This document shows, piece after piece, positions 25,262-38,049 of a stretch of 64,000 nt of DNA. Origin of the DNA: Octopus sinensis. Its lineage: Eukaryota. The number at the start of each line of letters is the position of its first letter. Positions within the stretch are counted from its first letter, which is position 1. A program made the position numbers and the translations under genes. The stretch spans positions 38,254,001 to 38,318,000 of the forward strand of contig NC_043010.1 in assembly GCF_006345805.1 (NCBI RefSeq), read 5' to 3'. The notes below the pieces were generated by a model, which saw only the letters and a list, made by a program, of their open reading frames with translations, was not told the DNA's origin and made no database searches.

Positions 25262-25668
25262 CGAGCTGGCAGAAACGTTAGCACGCCGGGCGAAATGCTT
25301 AGCGGTATTTCGTCTGCGTTACGTTGTGAGTTCAAATTCCGCCGAGGTCGACTTTGCCTTTCATCCTTTCGGGGTCGATAAATTAAGTACCAGTTACGCA
25401 CTGGGGTTGATGTAATCGACTTAATACCTATGTCTGTCCTTGTTTGTCCCCTCTATGTTTAGCCCCTTGTGGGTAATAAAGAAATAGGTATTTCGTCTGC
25501 GTTACGTTGTGAGTTCAAATTCCGCCGAGGTCGACTTTGCCTTTCATCCTTTCGGGGTCGATGAATTAAGTACCAGTTACGCACTGGGTCGATGTAATCG
25601 ACTTAATACCTATGTCTGTCCTTGTTTGTCCCCTCTGTGTTTAGCCCCTTGTGGGTAATAAAGAAATA
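25262..25668 (+). mobile_element. Family A SINE dimer
   Basis: Near-full monomer plus a second monomer starting at ggtatttcgtc; TSD gttatt(c/a)tccga at 25253-25264 and 25669-25680. Confidence 0.92.
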
Positions 25669-25865
25669 GTTATTATCCGATCACTTAGACGTCTGACTGT
25701 GGCACAGCGTGCACCTGTACAGGCAATGACGATCTGATGGAGAGAGTGGGCTAATAATGTACAGCATAAACAAACAAATCAACTGAACAGGTTGCTCAAC
25801 AAGAAACTGCACACCTGATCCCAACTTTTCCTCGCACTCGACAGACTACCAATATATCTTTGCAA

Positions 25866-26237
25866 GTGGAGGTGCAATGGCCCAGTGGTTAGGGCAGCGG
25901 ACTCGGGGTCATAGGATCGCGGTTTCGATTCCCAGACCGGGCGTTGTGAGTGTTTATTGAGCGAAAACACCTAAAAGCTCCGGCAGGGATGGTGGTGTTC
26001 CCTGCTGTACTCTTTCACCACAACTTTCTCTCACTCTTACTTCCTGTTTCTGTTGTACCTGTATTTCAAAGGGCCGGCCTTGTCACTCTCTGTGTCACGC
26101 TGAATATCCCCGAGAACTACGTTAAGGGTACATGTGTCTGTGGAGTGCTCAGCCACTTACACGTTAATTTCACGAGCAGGCTGTTCCGTTGATTCGGATC
26201 AATCGGAACCCTCATCGTCGTAACCGACGGAGTGCTT
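25866..26237 (+). mobile_element. Family C SINE, near full length
   Basis: tRNA-like head gtggaggtgcaatggcccagtggttaggg...ggtttcgattccc plus body and tail. Confidence 0.9.
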
Positions 26238-26388
26238 CCATCCATTCATATCTTTGCAAATTCTTACTTTTCTTTCAATCACGGAATTTTTTAATTTAAC
26301 ACTTTTAGTTCTCAAACAAAATTAACAAATAAATGGGAGTTTTTTCGTTTCTTTTTTAAAGTACTCGAGAGGTTGTGTTTACATATAC

Positions 26389-26605
26389 TATTTCTTTACT
26401 ACCCACAAGGGGCTAAACACAGAGGGGGACGAACAAGGACAGAGAAACAGATTAAGTCGATTATATCGACCCCAGTGCGTAACTGGTACTTATTTAATCG
26501 ACTCCGAAAGGATGAAAGGCAAAGTCGACCTCGGCGGAATTTGAACTCAGGACGTAGCTGAGCATTTCGCCCGGCGTGCTAACGTTTCTGCCAGCTCGCC
26601 GCCTT
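26389..26605 (-). mobile_element. Family A SINE
   Basis: Reverse-complement match with a small internal deletion. Confidence 0.9.
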
Positions 26606-27654
26606 TCTTTGTGTTTACATATACATATCTATAAACACTTGCATAGATACAAATTCTCCCGATACAAGCGTGCGCGCACACACATGCGCACGTATATACT
26701 TGTACACACACACAGACATGTACACACATACATATACAAATATACATACACACATACATGCACACACACACACACGCGCGCACATATATATGTATATACG
26801 TAGACACACACATTATAGATAGATATGTTTCTTTATTAGCCACACAGGGCTGCACACAGACAGAACAAATTACAAGGTAGAGCTTTTCTTTTGGGGATAA
26901 AAAAAAGGGGGTTGGTTTTCGATCAAAAGGGATCGTAAAAGGAAAGAAAGAGGACAAAAAAGGGGAGGATTTAAAAAAAAGGGGCGGGAGAGGGAAAAAA
27001 AGAAAAGGGGAGAAGATAGATAGATAGATATGCACACACACACACACATTCCCTAACACTTGTAAACACACATTTTCATTTACTTCTCTCAACTATACAA
27101 AACTGGTGACAACGAAATTATAAGAAAAAGCGAATTCCATCTCGTCACATTTTACTTTTTTAATTGCTAATTGAAAATTTAAAAAAATACTAAACAGAAA
27201 TATACAAATATTCCCGGCATAAACAAAATATTCGAGAAGGGGGGGGGAGGATACGAAACTAATGTTCCTTTCCAAGAAGAAAAGCTAGCATTTTATTATT
27301 TTTTTATCAACAAATTCAAATTGTCATAGAATAAAATCAAAACAAAACTCTAAAATTTATTATGTCATATAATGAGAAATTAGAAATTAACATTTTCATT
27401 AAGAAAAAAAAAATCATTCACGTAATTGCAAAATGAAAATTTCATTGGAAATATTGATTTAATCAATTTGATAAATAAATATGGATAGATTGTCAAATGC
27501 ATAAAGTCGTAAATTTCAGAAGAATAAAATAGATTATATTCACACTGTAATTGATTGGTATTATATTTTATCGATTCCGAAACACTTAAAGACTAGCTTA
27601 AACCACGAAGGGGCTGGAAGACTCGACCTGACTTATTTACACTAGAATCAGATA

Positions 27655-27832
27655 TTTAAGTAGTTATTTTTCTATCCATCTTTACGTTCCAAATCCAAAT
27701 TTCACCGAGGTCGACTTTGCGTTTTATCCTTTCGGAGCCGATGAAAAAGAATCGTACCAGTTGAGCGATAGGGTCGATATAATTGACAAGCCCCCGCCCC
27801 CAAAATTTCAGGCCTTGTGCCTATAACAAAGG

Positions 27833-27864
<32 letters not shown>

Positions 27865-28150
27865 ATGCCGCCGAGGTCGACTTTGCCTTTCATCCTTTCG
27901 GAGTCGATAAATTAAGTACCAGTGAAACACTGGGGGTCGAGGAAACCGACAAGTCCCCCCTCCCTTCAAATTTCAGGCCTTGTGCCTTAAACAGAAAGGA
28001 TTATTATTGTCGACTTTGCTTTTCATCCTTTCGGGGGTCGATAAAAGAAGTACAAGTCGAGCGCTGGAGTCAATGTAATCGACTTACCCCCTCCTCTCGA
28101 AATTTCTGGCCTTGTGCCAAAACTCGAACGAATTATTATTATTATTATTA
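27655..28150 (+). mobile_element. Three head-to-tail 5'-truncated family A' SINE copies
   Basis: Repeated ccgaggtcgactttgc...aaatttcaggccttgtgcc...(att)n. Confidence 0.85.
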
Positions 28151-28484
28151 TTATTATTATCAAAAACATTAAAATGTTTATTTAATGCAAAGATGGTTTA
28201 ACCGATTGAAACGTTGGTAATCAATTACTCTTATTTTAGCGACTCTGACGAGACATGAAGTTAAAAGCATTAACGGAGGGAAACCCAAACACAGAAATAC
28301 ACCTGCTGTAATAATAATAATACATATATATATACCATTAAGTCTCGTCTTAGATAGTAACAATAATCAATACGTGATCGAGCGATGCTGATAGAAGTAG
28401 CGACCAAATTCTTTTAAATCATACCCGACCATCTTCATGCAGGAATGACGTTTGGCCGACGTAGTCCATGATATATATATATAT

Positions 28485-28640
28485 ATTTCTTTACTGCCCA
28501 CAAGGGGCTAAACATAGAGGGGACAAACAAGGACATACAAAGGAATTAAGTCGATTACATCGACCCCAGTACGAAACTGGTACTTTATTTATCGACCCCC
28601 GAAAGGATGAAAGACAAAGTCGACCTCGGCGGAATTTGAA
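28485..28640 (-). mobile_element. Family A SINE, 5'-truncated
   Basis: tttctttactgcccacaagggg...cggcggaatttgaac. Confidence 0.88.
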
Positions 28641-30336
28641 CAGTCCATGATATATATATAACCATACGGGATGGTCAGTCCTGGAATACGTTTGATCCTA
28701 AGTCTATTCACCCAGGACTGTCATTTAGCTAAACAACAACAAAAATGAATAATGATTGTTTTTACATTATATAAATATCATTTCTTTTAGTTGATTTGAT
28801 GGTGACATGTATCAAATTACTTACTGGTCCTTATTGGCCCAGGAGGAATGAAACGGCGAAATGTAATTGGATTTAACAGACACAAGACCATTTTTATTTG
28901 TTCAGTGAATTATCATCATTCTTGCCGACTCTGATCACTCTTAGAAATAATTCATCATATGCTTTTAATTATAAATAACATCAGGTTGGTCATATGATCA
29001 AACATTCCAATCTCTCTCTCTCTCTCTCTATCTCTCTATTCACATTATCCCGTGTGCAGAATCCCTTACCGAAGACGGCAAGGTATGATTGGAGTAAAAT
29101 TTGGCTGCTATTTCTAGCAGGCAGATCGGTTATATAGAGCCCCCCCCTTGTTTATCAGGGTTTTAATTGTATTTGCTAAATACGCCGGTGTCGTGGAGTA
29201 GAGGGAAAGCAAAAAAAAAAAAAAAATCAATTACAGCGGCAACGGTTTCGATTCCTGGACGAAACCACATCACTTTGTTACGATTATTATTATTATTATT
29301 ATTTGTGATATGAAGATTAACTTCTCACTTTCATTCTCCTATATAAATTAAATGCTTCATGTCTAATTAATCTTTCTATACAGGTATCGAACAGTAAATA
29401 TGTAATTAACATTAATAATAAATTTTCCTAACTACATAGGTGGCTGGAGAAAGTGGAATCGGTAATGTCCAAGACTTTATCCAAAATGTTGCAGTTAGTA
29501 AAGTTAAAAGAAATAACGAAATACAACAAATAATAATAATAATAACGTTAATCGTAATAATTACAATTAGCGCCGTATTAATTACTGTGAGTGTCTGTGT
29601 GTGCAGTACAAAGTAAAATATGCTTGATACCAACCTATTAAATAGACGACATCTTTCGGAGGTAACCAGTAAAAGGTTATCGAAATATGTAAATATTACA
29701 AATATATGTTAAAGCTGTATAGTGATAACTACGGATAACCAAGAGCGACATAAATTGTTATCGAGGAAACTAGTATTAATAACTAACGAAAAATATTAAC
29801 TAAAAAATGTGTGGTACGGTGTCTACTCTAAATGCTACTGCACCTCAGTTTATTTTCTTCCTTTCTTTCTGTCTTTGTTCGTTTGTTCTGTCTGTGTTCG
29901 TTTTCTTTCTTTTTTTTTAACAGAAATATAAGTCACGGGGATTAGATAAATTATATATCACTTGTACCATAAGCTAGTTATGCATCTTGACGTAAAATAA
30001 TGTTCAAATATTTGTTTTAATGTGGAGTGCTTTGTATGTGGTTCTTTCAGTTGTCGTTGATATTTTGATTTATATTGTTTTATTTTTTGTATACACATTA
30101 GTTCATTACATATATTAGTTTAAAAATTCCATATTTGAAAACATTAAAAAAAAAAAAAAATACCAGATTGATTTTTATCTAACTGTATTTTCTAATGACA
30201 CTCCTAAAGAAGTGCTGATCACTTAAAGCAGAGGGAAGCTGTGGAAGAGGGAGACCCAGGGAGACATGGAATGAAATATTGAAGACCAGTCTCAAAGGAG
30301 ATGAAACCGGACCAAGACATGTGGTGCAATGCTGTA

Positions 30337-30535
30337 CAGTTATTCCTCAACTATTGCAGGTGTTGCATTCCAAAGCCTCCCACAGAAGTAATTAAAATCT
30401 AAAAAAATATAAATACCTATCGGCCACGGAAACCCATATTGTAGTGAGCATGCGATAGGTGAACCGCGACGTACTGAATGTGCAATGGGTGAACCATGAT
30501 GTACTGAGTGCACGATAGGTGAACCATGATAGGTG
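30337..30535 (+). mobile_element. Tigger/pogo-type MITE lacking its right TIR
   Basis: ta|cagttattcctcaactat... homologous to 57849-58054; three ~30-bp subterminal repeats (ataggtgaaccgcgatgtactgag-like). Confidence 0.72.
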
Positions 30536-30619
30536 ATCAGAAGTGAGATCCTAAAACCAAGGGACCACATAAAAAGCTGGTGCCATGTAAAAAGCACTGG
30601 TGATGGTGCCACATAAAAA

Positions 30620-30785
30620 AGCACCCAGAACATTCTGTAAAGTGGTTAGTATTAGGAAAGGTATCCAGCTGCAGGAATCAATCCAAAATAAGTTATGGAA
30701 CCTGGTGCAGCCCCTGGTCTTGTCAGTTTCTGTCCAACTCATGCAAGCATGGAAAATGGATGTTAAATGTTTATGATGATAATGA
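30620..30785 (+). mobile_element. Family D repeat
   Basis: gtattaggaaaggtatccagctg...gcatggaaaatggatgttaaa...gatgat. Confidence 0.75.
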
Positions 30786-30920
30786 TGATATATTTTCTAA
30801 TGAGCATCGAATCTAGCGACACAGCTGAAATTATAGAACAGACATGGCCAACCTTTTCTGAGAAGTGGCCTGCTTGAGACATGGCTCATTATCAGATAGG
30901 CTGGACTACTTAAAGAATTC

Positions 30921-31325
30921 GTGGTAAGTAGCTTGCTTACGAACCACATGGTTCCGGGTTCAGTCCCACTGTGTGGCACCTTGGGCAAGTGTCTTCTATT
31001 ATAGCTTTGGGCCGACCAAAGCCTTGTGAGTGGATTTGGTAGATGGATACTGAAAGAAGCCCATCGTATATATATACATGTATGTATATATACGTATATG
31101 TATATGTATGTGTGTGTATATGTTTGTGTGTCTGTGTGTTTGTCCTCCCAACATCGTTTGACAACCGATGCTGGTGTGTTTACATCCCTGTAACTTAGTA
31201 GTTCGGCAAAAGAGACCAATAGAATAAGTACTAGGCTTACAAAGAATAAGTCCTGGGGTCGATTTGCTCGACTAAAGGCGGTGCTCCAGCATGGCCACAG
31301 TCAAATGACTGAAACCAGTAAAGAG
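30921..31325 (+). mobile_element. Family B SINE
   Basis: Near full-length match. Confidence 0.9.
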
Positions 31326-31524
31326 TATGTGTGTGTGTCTCAGTGTCTTGACATTGTGTGATGTCAATACAGAAGGATCATTTGTTTCCAATCTTCCATG
31401 AAAACGTGTCTGGTAATGGGGAAAAATTATCTGCAAACAGGTGATGACAGGTGGCAACAAATTCTTTATAACCCCTGCAAGCATGGAAAAATAGACATAG
31501 AAAGTAGGAGGAGGAGATGGAGGA

Positions 31525-31550
31525 CGATGGTGATGATAATGATGATGATA

Positions 31551-31593
<43 letters not shown>

Positions 31594-31832
31594 CGACGAC
31601 GACAACGATGATGACAATGATGGTGAGTTTATGGTGATGATAATGATGACGATTATGACAATGATGATGATGATTACGATGATAAGTTTATAGTGATGAT
31701 GGTGAAGATGATGAGTTTATTGTGATGATGATAAGGATGATGAGTTTATGGTGATGATGGTGGTGATGGTGATGATGATGATGATGATGACGCTGATGAT
31801 GAGTTTATGGTGATGATGATGATGATGATGAC
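31525..31832. repeat. (GAT)n microsatellite with a recurring gagtttatggtgatgat variant
   Basis: Directly visible. Confidence 0.9.
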
Positions 31833-32064
31833 ACCAAGTAGCATTGAACTCAATAAAATACCTATGCCTAGTGTTTCTCTGAAGAGAAAGGAAGAGCATC
31901 CATGATATAAGAAAGTGAAGAGCCTTTAAGTAGAAATTAGAGAAAAAAATGGGAACGCAGGCTTGTTGTTCTCAGCTCTCCAAGAGCTTACCTTTGTATT
32001 AAAATAAGATTAGAATATGGAAATATGTTAATTGTAATAAATTATAATAATTTTCTGCACAGGT

Positions 32065-32300
32065 GCCAGTGTGGCTGTGTGGTAAAAAGTTTGCTTCTCA
32101 ACCACATGTTTTAAGGTTCAGTCCCACTACATCGCATCTTAGGCAAATGTTTTCTATGATAGCCTTGGGCTGACGAAATCCTTGTGAGTCAATTTGGCTG
32201 ATGAAAACTGAAAGAAGCTTGGAGTATTTATATACATGTAAGCATATATCTATATGCGTGCATGTGTGTGTGTGTTTGTGCTTGTTCCCCAACACCACCA
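32065..32300 (+). mobile_element. Family B SINE, 5' half
   Basis: gtggctgtgtggtaa...aaactgaaagaagc. Confidence 0.78.
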
Positions 32301-32794
32301 CCACAATAAATAAGAGAGAGAGAGTGAGAGAGAGCTCACATGACCAGTGACTGGAGGATTATCAGGTTCTTATCAGCTCTAAGGGTTCTGAAGATGCATG
32401 CTCTCATTTAGATGCAAACACATACCGACAGCTCATGCAGTTACTAAATATCTGGAAGAAATGTCTGCATAATATTTCCATGTTGTTACCTTCTTATATA
32501 TAATTTATCTATCTATCTATATATATATATATATATTTATCAAAAGAAAAACAGGATGCAAAGGATTTAGCGGTACATATGTTTCTGGCTTTATTGAACA
32601 ATTTATATCAATGCATAATTGATATAACATGTAGGTCAACAGCCTTCTTCAACCGCGTACAATTACCACACCAAAGACATGTAGACTGAAGAAGGCTGTT
32701 GACCTATATATCCTATCACCTACACCACTAGCTGGCATATACAGGTGCTTACAGTTATCAAGTATATATACATATATATATATATATATATTAT

Positions 32795-33140
32795 CCTTTA
32801 CTTGCTTCAGTCATTAAACTGCAGCCATGGTGGGGTGACACATTCAAGAATTTTTAGTTAAATGAATTTACCCTGGTACTTTTTTTTTTAAGCTTGGTAT
32901 TATTCTACTAGTCCATTTTGCCAAACTGTTGAGTTATGGGGATGTAAACACACCAACACTGGTTGTCAAGCAGTGGTGGGGGGAACAAACACAGACACAC
33001 ACACACATACATACATACAACAGGCCAGATTTCTTTCAGTTTCCATCAACTAAATTTTTTTCGCATGGCTTTGGTCTGTCCAAAGCTATAGCAGAAGACA
33101 CTTGTCCAAGGTGCCATGCAGTGGGACTGAACCCAAAACC
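32795..33140 (-). mobile_element. Family B SINE, degenerate
   Basis: tttacttgcttcagtcatt...gcagtgggactgaaccc. Confidence 0.8.
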
Positions 33141-33624
33141 ATAAAGAGGTCTAGAGTTAAACTGAAGAGTTTACTGAAGAGGTCTAATTTTAGTTAAACA
33201 TGACTGAAGTTGTGTCTCTTGACTTGATAAAACAATTAAAAGAATATTAGCCACTAAGCCAACATTATCAATTATCTCATTATGTAATTAGTTTTTAATT
33301 ATTTTTTTAATACTCACTTTATTTAAATATGCTAACACTAGCCTGGCTATTGTCTTTTTTTTATTACAATTGGAGAAATTTTTATTATAGCTTAATTATC
33401 TCTTATTTTATACAACTATGAAATGGCAGTGAAATAGTTTGTTTTTTTTTTGGCATTAAGGCAAAGCAGGGAAATCTGTAAAGTAGATTGCTTGCATACT
33501 TATTGGATAAATGTGTGTTTGTGTGCATGTGTATGTGTGAGGGAGAGAGAGAGAGAGAGAGAAAGAGGAAGCAGACTTGTTAAGAAGTTCTTTTCATTAA
33601 CTTGAGGTACACATTCTTTCATTT

Positions 33625-34075
33625 ATTTACTTGTTTCAGTCATTTGACTGTGGCCATGCTGAAGCACTGCCTTTTAATCGAAGACATCAATCCCTCGGCT
33701 TGTTCTTTGTAAGCCTGGTGCTTATTTTATTGGTCGCTTCTGCCGAACCGCTAAGTTACGGGGAACATAAATGCACCAACATCAGTTGTCAAGCGATAGT
33801 GGGTGGGGACAAACACAGATGCATAAAATATATAGGTGCTCCAGCATGGCCGCAGTCAAATGACTGAAAGTAAAAGAATACATACATACACATACATATA
33901 TATATATATATATAATGACGGGCTTCTTTCAGTTTCCATCTACCAAATCCACTCACAAGGCCTTGGTTGGCCTGAGGCTATTGTAGAAGATACTTGCCCC
34001 AGGTACCACGCAGTGGGACTGAACCTGGAACCACATGGTTAGGAAGGAAGCTTCTTAGCACATCTGTGCCTATGC
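33625..34075 (-). mobile_element. Family B SINE carrying an inverted B 3'-end fragment (33835-33880)
   Basis: Minus-strand halves flank the plus-strand ggtgctccagcatggccgcagtcaaatgactgaaagtaaaaga. Confidence 0.82.
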
Positions 34076-34349
34076 AACATATTTTCCTACTTTGGACAGT
34101 TCTATGAATCTTTTCCTGCATTCCTTGTGGCACAATATATTACCTTGGGGGCGGGGACCATCCATATGGTTTTCGAGCAAAGTTTGAGAGGTAAAAATAT
34201 CCTCACACATGTCTCATTTAAATGTCTCATCAACTGATCGTCAAGCCACAAGTTATTTTAAACTGCTGTTCTACACAAAGTCTTTCTCAAAGATTATACA
34301 ATAAAACTAAATATCGGTTGATTGGGATGCCCAATGTTTCTACACCCTA

Positions 34350-35110
34350 CATCATCATCATCATCATCGTCGTCATCGTCATTGTTGTCGTCATCATTTA
34401 ACGTTCATTGCTCATGCTGGCATGGGGGGTTGGATGGTTTGACCAGCGAGCTGGCAGAATCATTAGCACGCTGGGTGAAATGTTTAGCGGTATTTCGTCT
34501 GCATTACGTTGTGAGTTCAAATTCCGCCGAGGTCGACTTTGCCTTTCATCCTTTCGGGGTCAATAAATTAAGTACCAGTTACGCACTAGGGTCGATGTAA
34601 TCGACTTAATACCTATGTCTGTCCTTGTTTGTCCCCTCTGTGTTTAGCCCATTGTGGGTAATAAAGAAATAGGTATTTCGTTTGTCACTACGTTCTGAGT
34701 TCAAATTCCGCCGAGGTCAACTTTGCCTTTCATCCTCTCAGGGTCGATTAAATAAGTACCAGCTATGCACTGGGGTCGATATAATCGACTTAATCCATTT
34801 GTCTGTCCTTGTTTGTCCTCTCTGTGTTTAGCCCCTTGTGGGTAGTAAAGAAATAGGTTTGACCAGAGCTGGAAAGCTGGGGAGTTGCACCAAACTCCAG
34901 TCTGATTTGGCACGATTTTCTACGGTTGGATGCCCTTCCTAATGCCAACCACTCTGAGAGTGTAATGGGTGATTCTACATGCCACCAGCACGGGTGCCAG
35001 TTGTGTGACACCAGTATCTGCCACAACTATGATTTCATTTAGCTTGATGGGTCTTCTTCTCAAGCACAGCATATTGCCAAAGGTCTCTTGGTCATTTGTC
35101 ATTGCCTCAT
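34350..35110 (-). mobile_element. Family D repeat split by a family A dimer
   Basis: catcatcat...catttaacgttc (34350-34446) resumes after 34866 as gagctggaaagc...ggatgcccttcctaatgccaacc. Confidence 0.8.
34447..34855 (+). mobile_element. Family A SINE dimer
   Basis: Perfect 11-bp TSD ggtttgaccag at 34436-34446 and 34856-34866; junction aaagaaata|ggtatttcg. Confidence 0.92.
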
Positions 35111-35387
35111 GGACCATACATCTTTATATAGTCAAGTGGTATGATTTTTTTTCACCAGTGTGTAGCTTAACGTGAGTTAGTAAAGCATGTCATTGCATGA
35201 AATTTTCATTGCAAATCTCACAATCAAAAGCTTCTTATCTATATAGGTGTAATTAAGTGGAATTCTAAAATCATAGCTAAGCATTAACATATAACTAAAA
35301 AAAAATACTCTTTCTGCAACTCTCACAATGACACAATTTGTCTGTGATGCACATCCTCTGGTGTATTGTTAACAAGCTATTCAATAC

Positions 35388-35768
35388 TCTTTCACTTGTT
35401 TCAGTCATTTGATTGTGGCCATGCTGGAGTACCGCCTTTAGTCGAGCAAATTGACCCAGGACTTATTCTGTGTAAGCCTAGTAGTTATTCTATCGGTGTC
35501 TTTTGCTGAACCGCTAAGTTACGGGGACATAGACACACCAGCATCGGTTGTCAAGCGATGTTGGGGGACAAACACAGACACACAAACATATATACACATA
35601 TATACTACGGGCTCCTTTCAGTTTCCGTCTACCAAATCCACTCACAAGGCTTTGGTCGGCCCGAGGCTATAGTAGAAGACACTTGCCCAAGGTGCCAGGC
35701 AGTGGGACTGAACCCGGAACCATGTGGTTCGTAAGCAGTCTACTTACCACACAGCCACTCCTGCGCCT
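35388..35768 (-). mobile_element. Family B SINE
   Basis: Full-length reverse-complement match. Confidence 0.92.
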
Positions 35769-36547
35769 ATGTGAAATATTTCCCATAAAGATTTCTGCAG
35801 CAAGTATAAGCTTTTAAGTTTGTGCAGTTTATAACAAGTCTTGACAGGTTTGGCTTCTTTCTGTTGAGAGTTTTACTTGACAAAACTATTGTAGAGATCA
35901 CTCTAGAGTGTGGCCTCTTTCAGTGTACGGCACATCAGGAAGCAACTGAGCTAATTGATTTACAGTCAGCTCTGTACACATGTAATGCACATATACACAA
36001 TACAGAATGTGTATATATGTTCATACTTACACACAGAGCTGTATCGTCTCAAAGTTGAAATATTTTGAAAATTATTAACAAAAAGAAAAGTTTTCTCCTT
36101 TATTTTCTGACCACAATGGTGTCCTTACAGACCATATCTTTTATCTTTTTTTTTTTTTACTGCCTCCCACAATAGTATCTCGCTGGTTGTGTTTTAATTT
36201 GGTAGCTGTTTTACTTTTTAAAGTTTCACCAATATTATTTTGACTTTGAGGATTAGGCAATAAGATCTAATTACTTTTTGATGTAGTTATCAATTGGCCC
36301 ATACAGATTCAAATCATCAACAATAAAAGGTGAGATGTTACAGGATCTGTTCCTATAAGTATTAGGTTTTGCAACCTGGGATGATAAGAGGTTTAATGAG
36401 AAAATAAAGAACAGTAAAGAGAAGCTATCACCCTGAGGGATGCCTTGTTGGTAGTGTATGGTGTCAGATTTGATGCCTTCATTGTTACCTCTAAGAAGTA
36501 AAGAAGTGCAGCAGTTTTTGGTCAGCAGCTACTAGTGGTGGTGATGA

Positions 36548-36850
36548 TCATCATCATCATCGTTTAACGTCTGTTCTCCATGCTAGCATGGGTTGGACGG
36601 TTTGACCAGGAATCTGGGAAGCCAGAAGGCTGCCCCAGGCTCCAGTTTGATCTGGCAGTGTTTCTACAGCTGGATGCCCTTCCTAACGCCAACCACTCCA
36701 TGAGTGTAGTGGGTGCTTTTTACGTGCCAGGCAAGGCTGGCAACGGCCATGATCAGATTGGTGCATTTTACGTGCCACCAGCACGGAAGCCAGTCAAGGC
36801 GGCGCTGGCATCAGCCACAATTCGGATGGTGCTTTTTACGTGCCACTTTG
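36548..36850 (-). mobile_element. Family D repeat
   Basis: catcatcatcgtttaacgtctg...ctggatgcccttcctaacgccaacc plus an internal tandem ttttacgtgcca unit. Confidence 0.85.
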
Positions 36851-36999
36851 GCTAATTGCAGTGCTTTGATAATCCATCCATATGGTAGACTATCAAGCAT
36901 TTTTGGGGAGTCCAGCCATAACATAGCCAAGATTTTGTGGTTGTTTATTGTTCTTTCCCATATAATTTTTTAAATTAGTAGGTGCTTCACACATCCCCG

Positions 37000-38049
37000 T
37001 GCTTGCTTCTTTTCACCAATTTGTTCAAGAATTACAATATTGTCAGCCAACTTAAAGAATGCCACAGTGCTGAAATATGCAGATGACATCAAGCTGTACC
37101 TCGAAATAAATAGGACAGATCCTGTACACTACAGATCTTTATTGCAATCAGACCTAGACACAAAGCAGCAATGGATCATGGACTGGCAACTCAAGCTGGC
37201 TATGTACAAATGTACCACCATGTATTTCGGGAGGAAAATCCCAGCATCTACTTACTCCCTCCACTACACTAATATCAAAAAGTCTTCTTGTGAACATGGC
37301 CTGGACATTATTGTTGACAGCGATTTGTGTTCGACAAAACACATTGCTAAAATTGCCAAGAAGGCTGAGGGTGTCTTGGCATCACTTACCAAGTCCTTTG
37401 TGCCACTCTCCAGCTATCTATCAGAGGCTTTATATTGCAATGGTGCAGCCTCACCTGGAATTTGCATCACCAGTTTGGAACCCCTATCTTGCCCAGGATA
37501 TTAATCGTCTGGAAACTGTTCAGCGGCATGCAATCAAGAGAATACCCTCCATCAGGCATTTGCCATATTCTGAACGCCTTACTTCTCTGGGCATGGATAC
37601 ATTGAAACTCCGACATCTGGCAACTGACTTGGCAGACACCCATAAACTCATTAACCATCTTACTAACAATAACTCCGACCACCTTTTCAAACTCCACCTG
37701 TCTAACACCTGTGGACATGTTTACAAAGTCAGAAAACAGCACAGCTCCCATGACTTTTGGAAACATTTTTTCATACTAAGAGTTGCTGAAGCATGGAACA
37801 AACTGCCGGCATCAGTTGTTAGTTGTCGGAGCACTGCATCCTTCAAAACTTCCATGCTTCCTGAGATTCGCCAACACTACACCTGATTTTCTCCCCTCCA
37901 TACACACGCAAGCATGTATCTAACTCATACACTGTTCACTTTCCAGACATTTGTACATTACTGCATATGTTTTATACGCACTTTTGATAAGTTGTAGTGC
38001 ACCTGAGCACTGTATACAATAATTTCATTATTATTATTATTATTATTAT
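37000..38049 (+). mobile_element. 5'-truncated CR1/Jockey-type LINE 3' end (RT C-terminus, 3' UTR, (ATT)n tail)
   Basis: VLKYADDIKLY RT motif; MVQPHLEFASPVWNP, LETVQRHAIKRI, YSERLTSL, FFILRVAEAWNKLP; frameshifted; stop at 37886. Confidence 0.9.

Noticed and set aside
25866-25940. tRNA-like sequences (heads of families A, B, C, E)
   Set aside because: They continue into SINE bodies and lack a full cloverleaf; not tRNA genes.
37990-38049. LINE (ATT)n tail as the partner of the (ATT)n-tailed A' SINE
   Set aside because: The sequence upstream of the tails shows no similarity, so a shared 3' end is unsupported.
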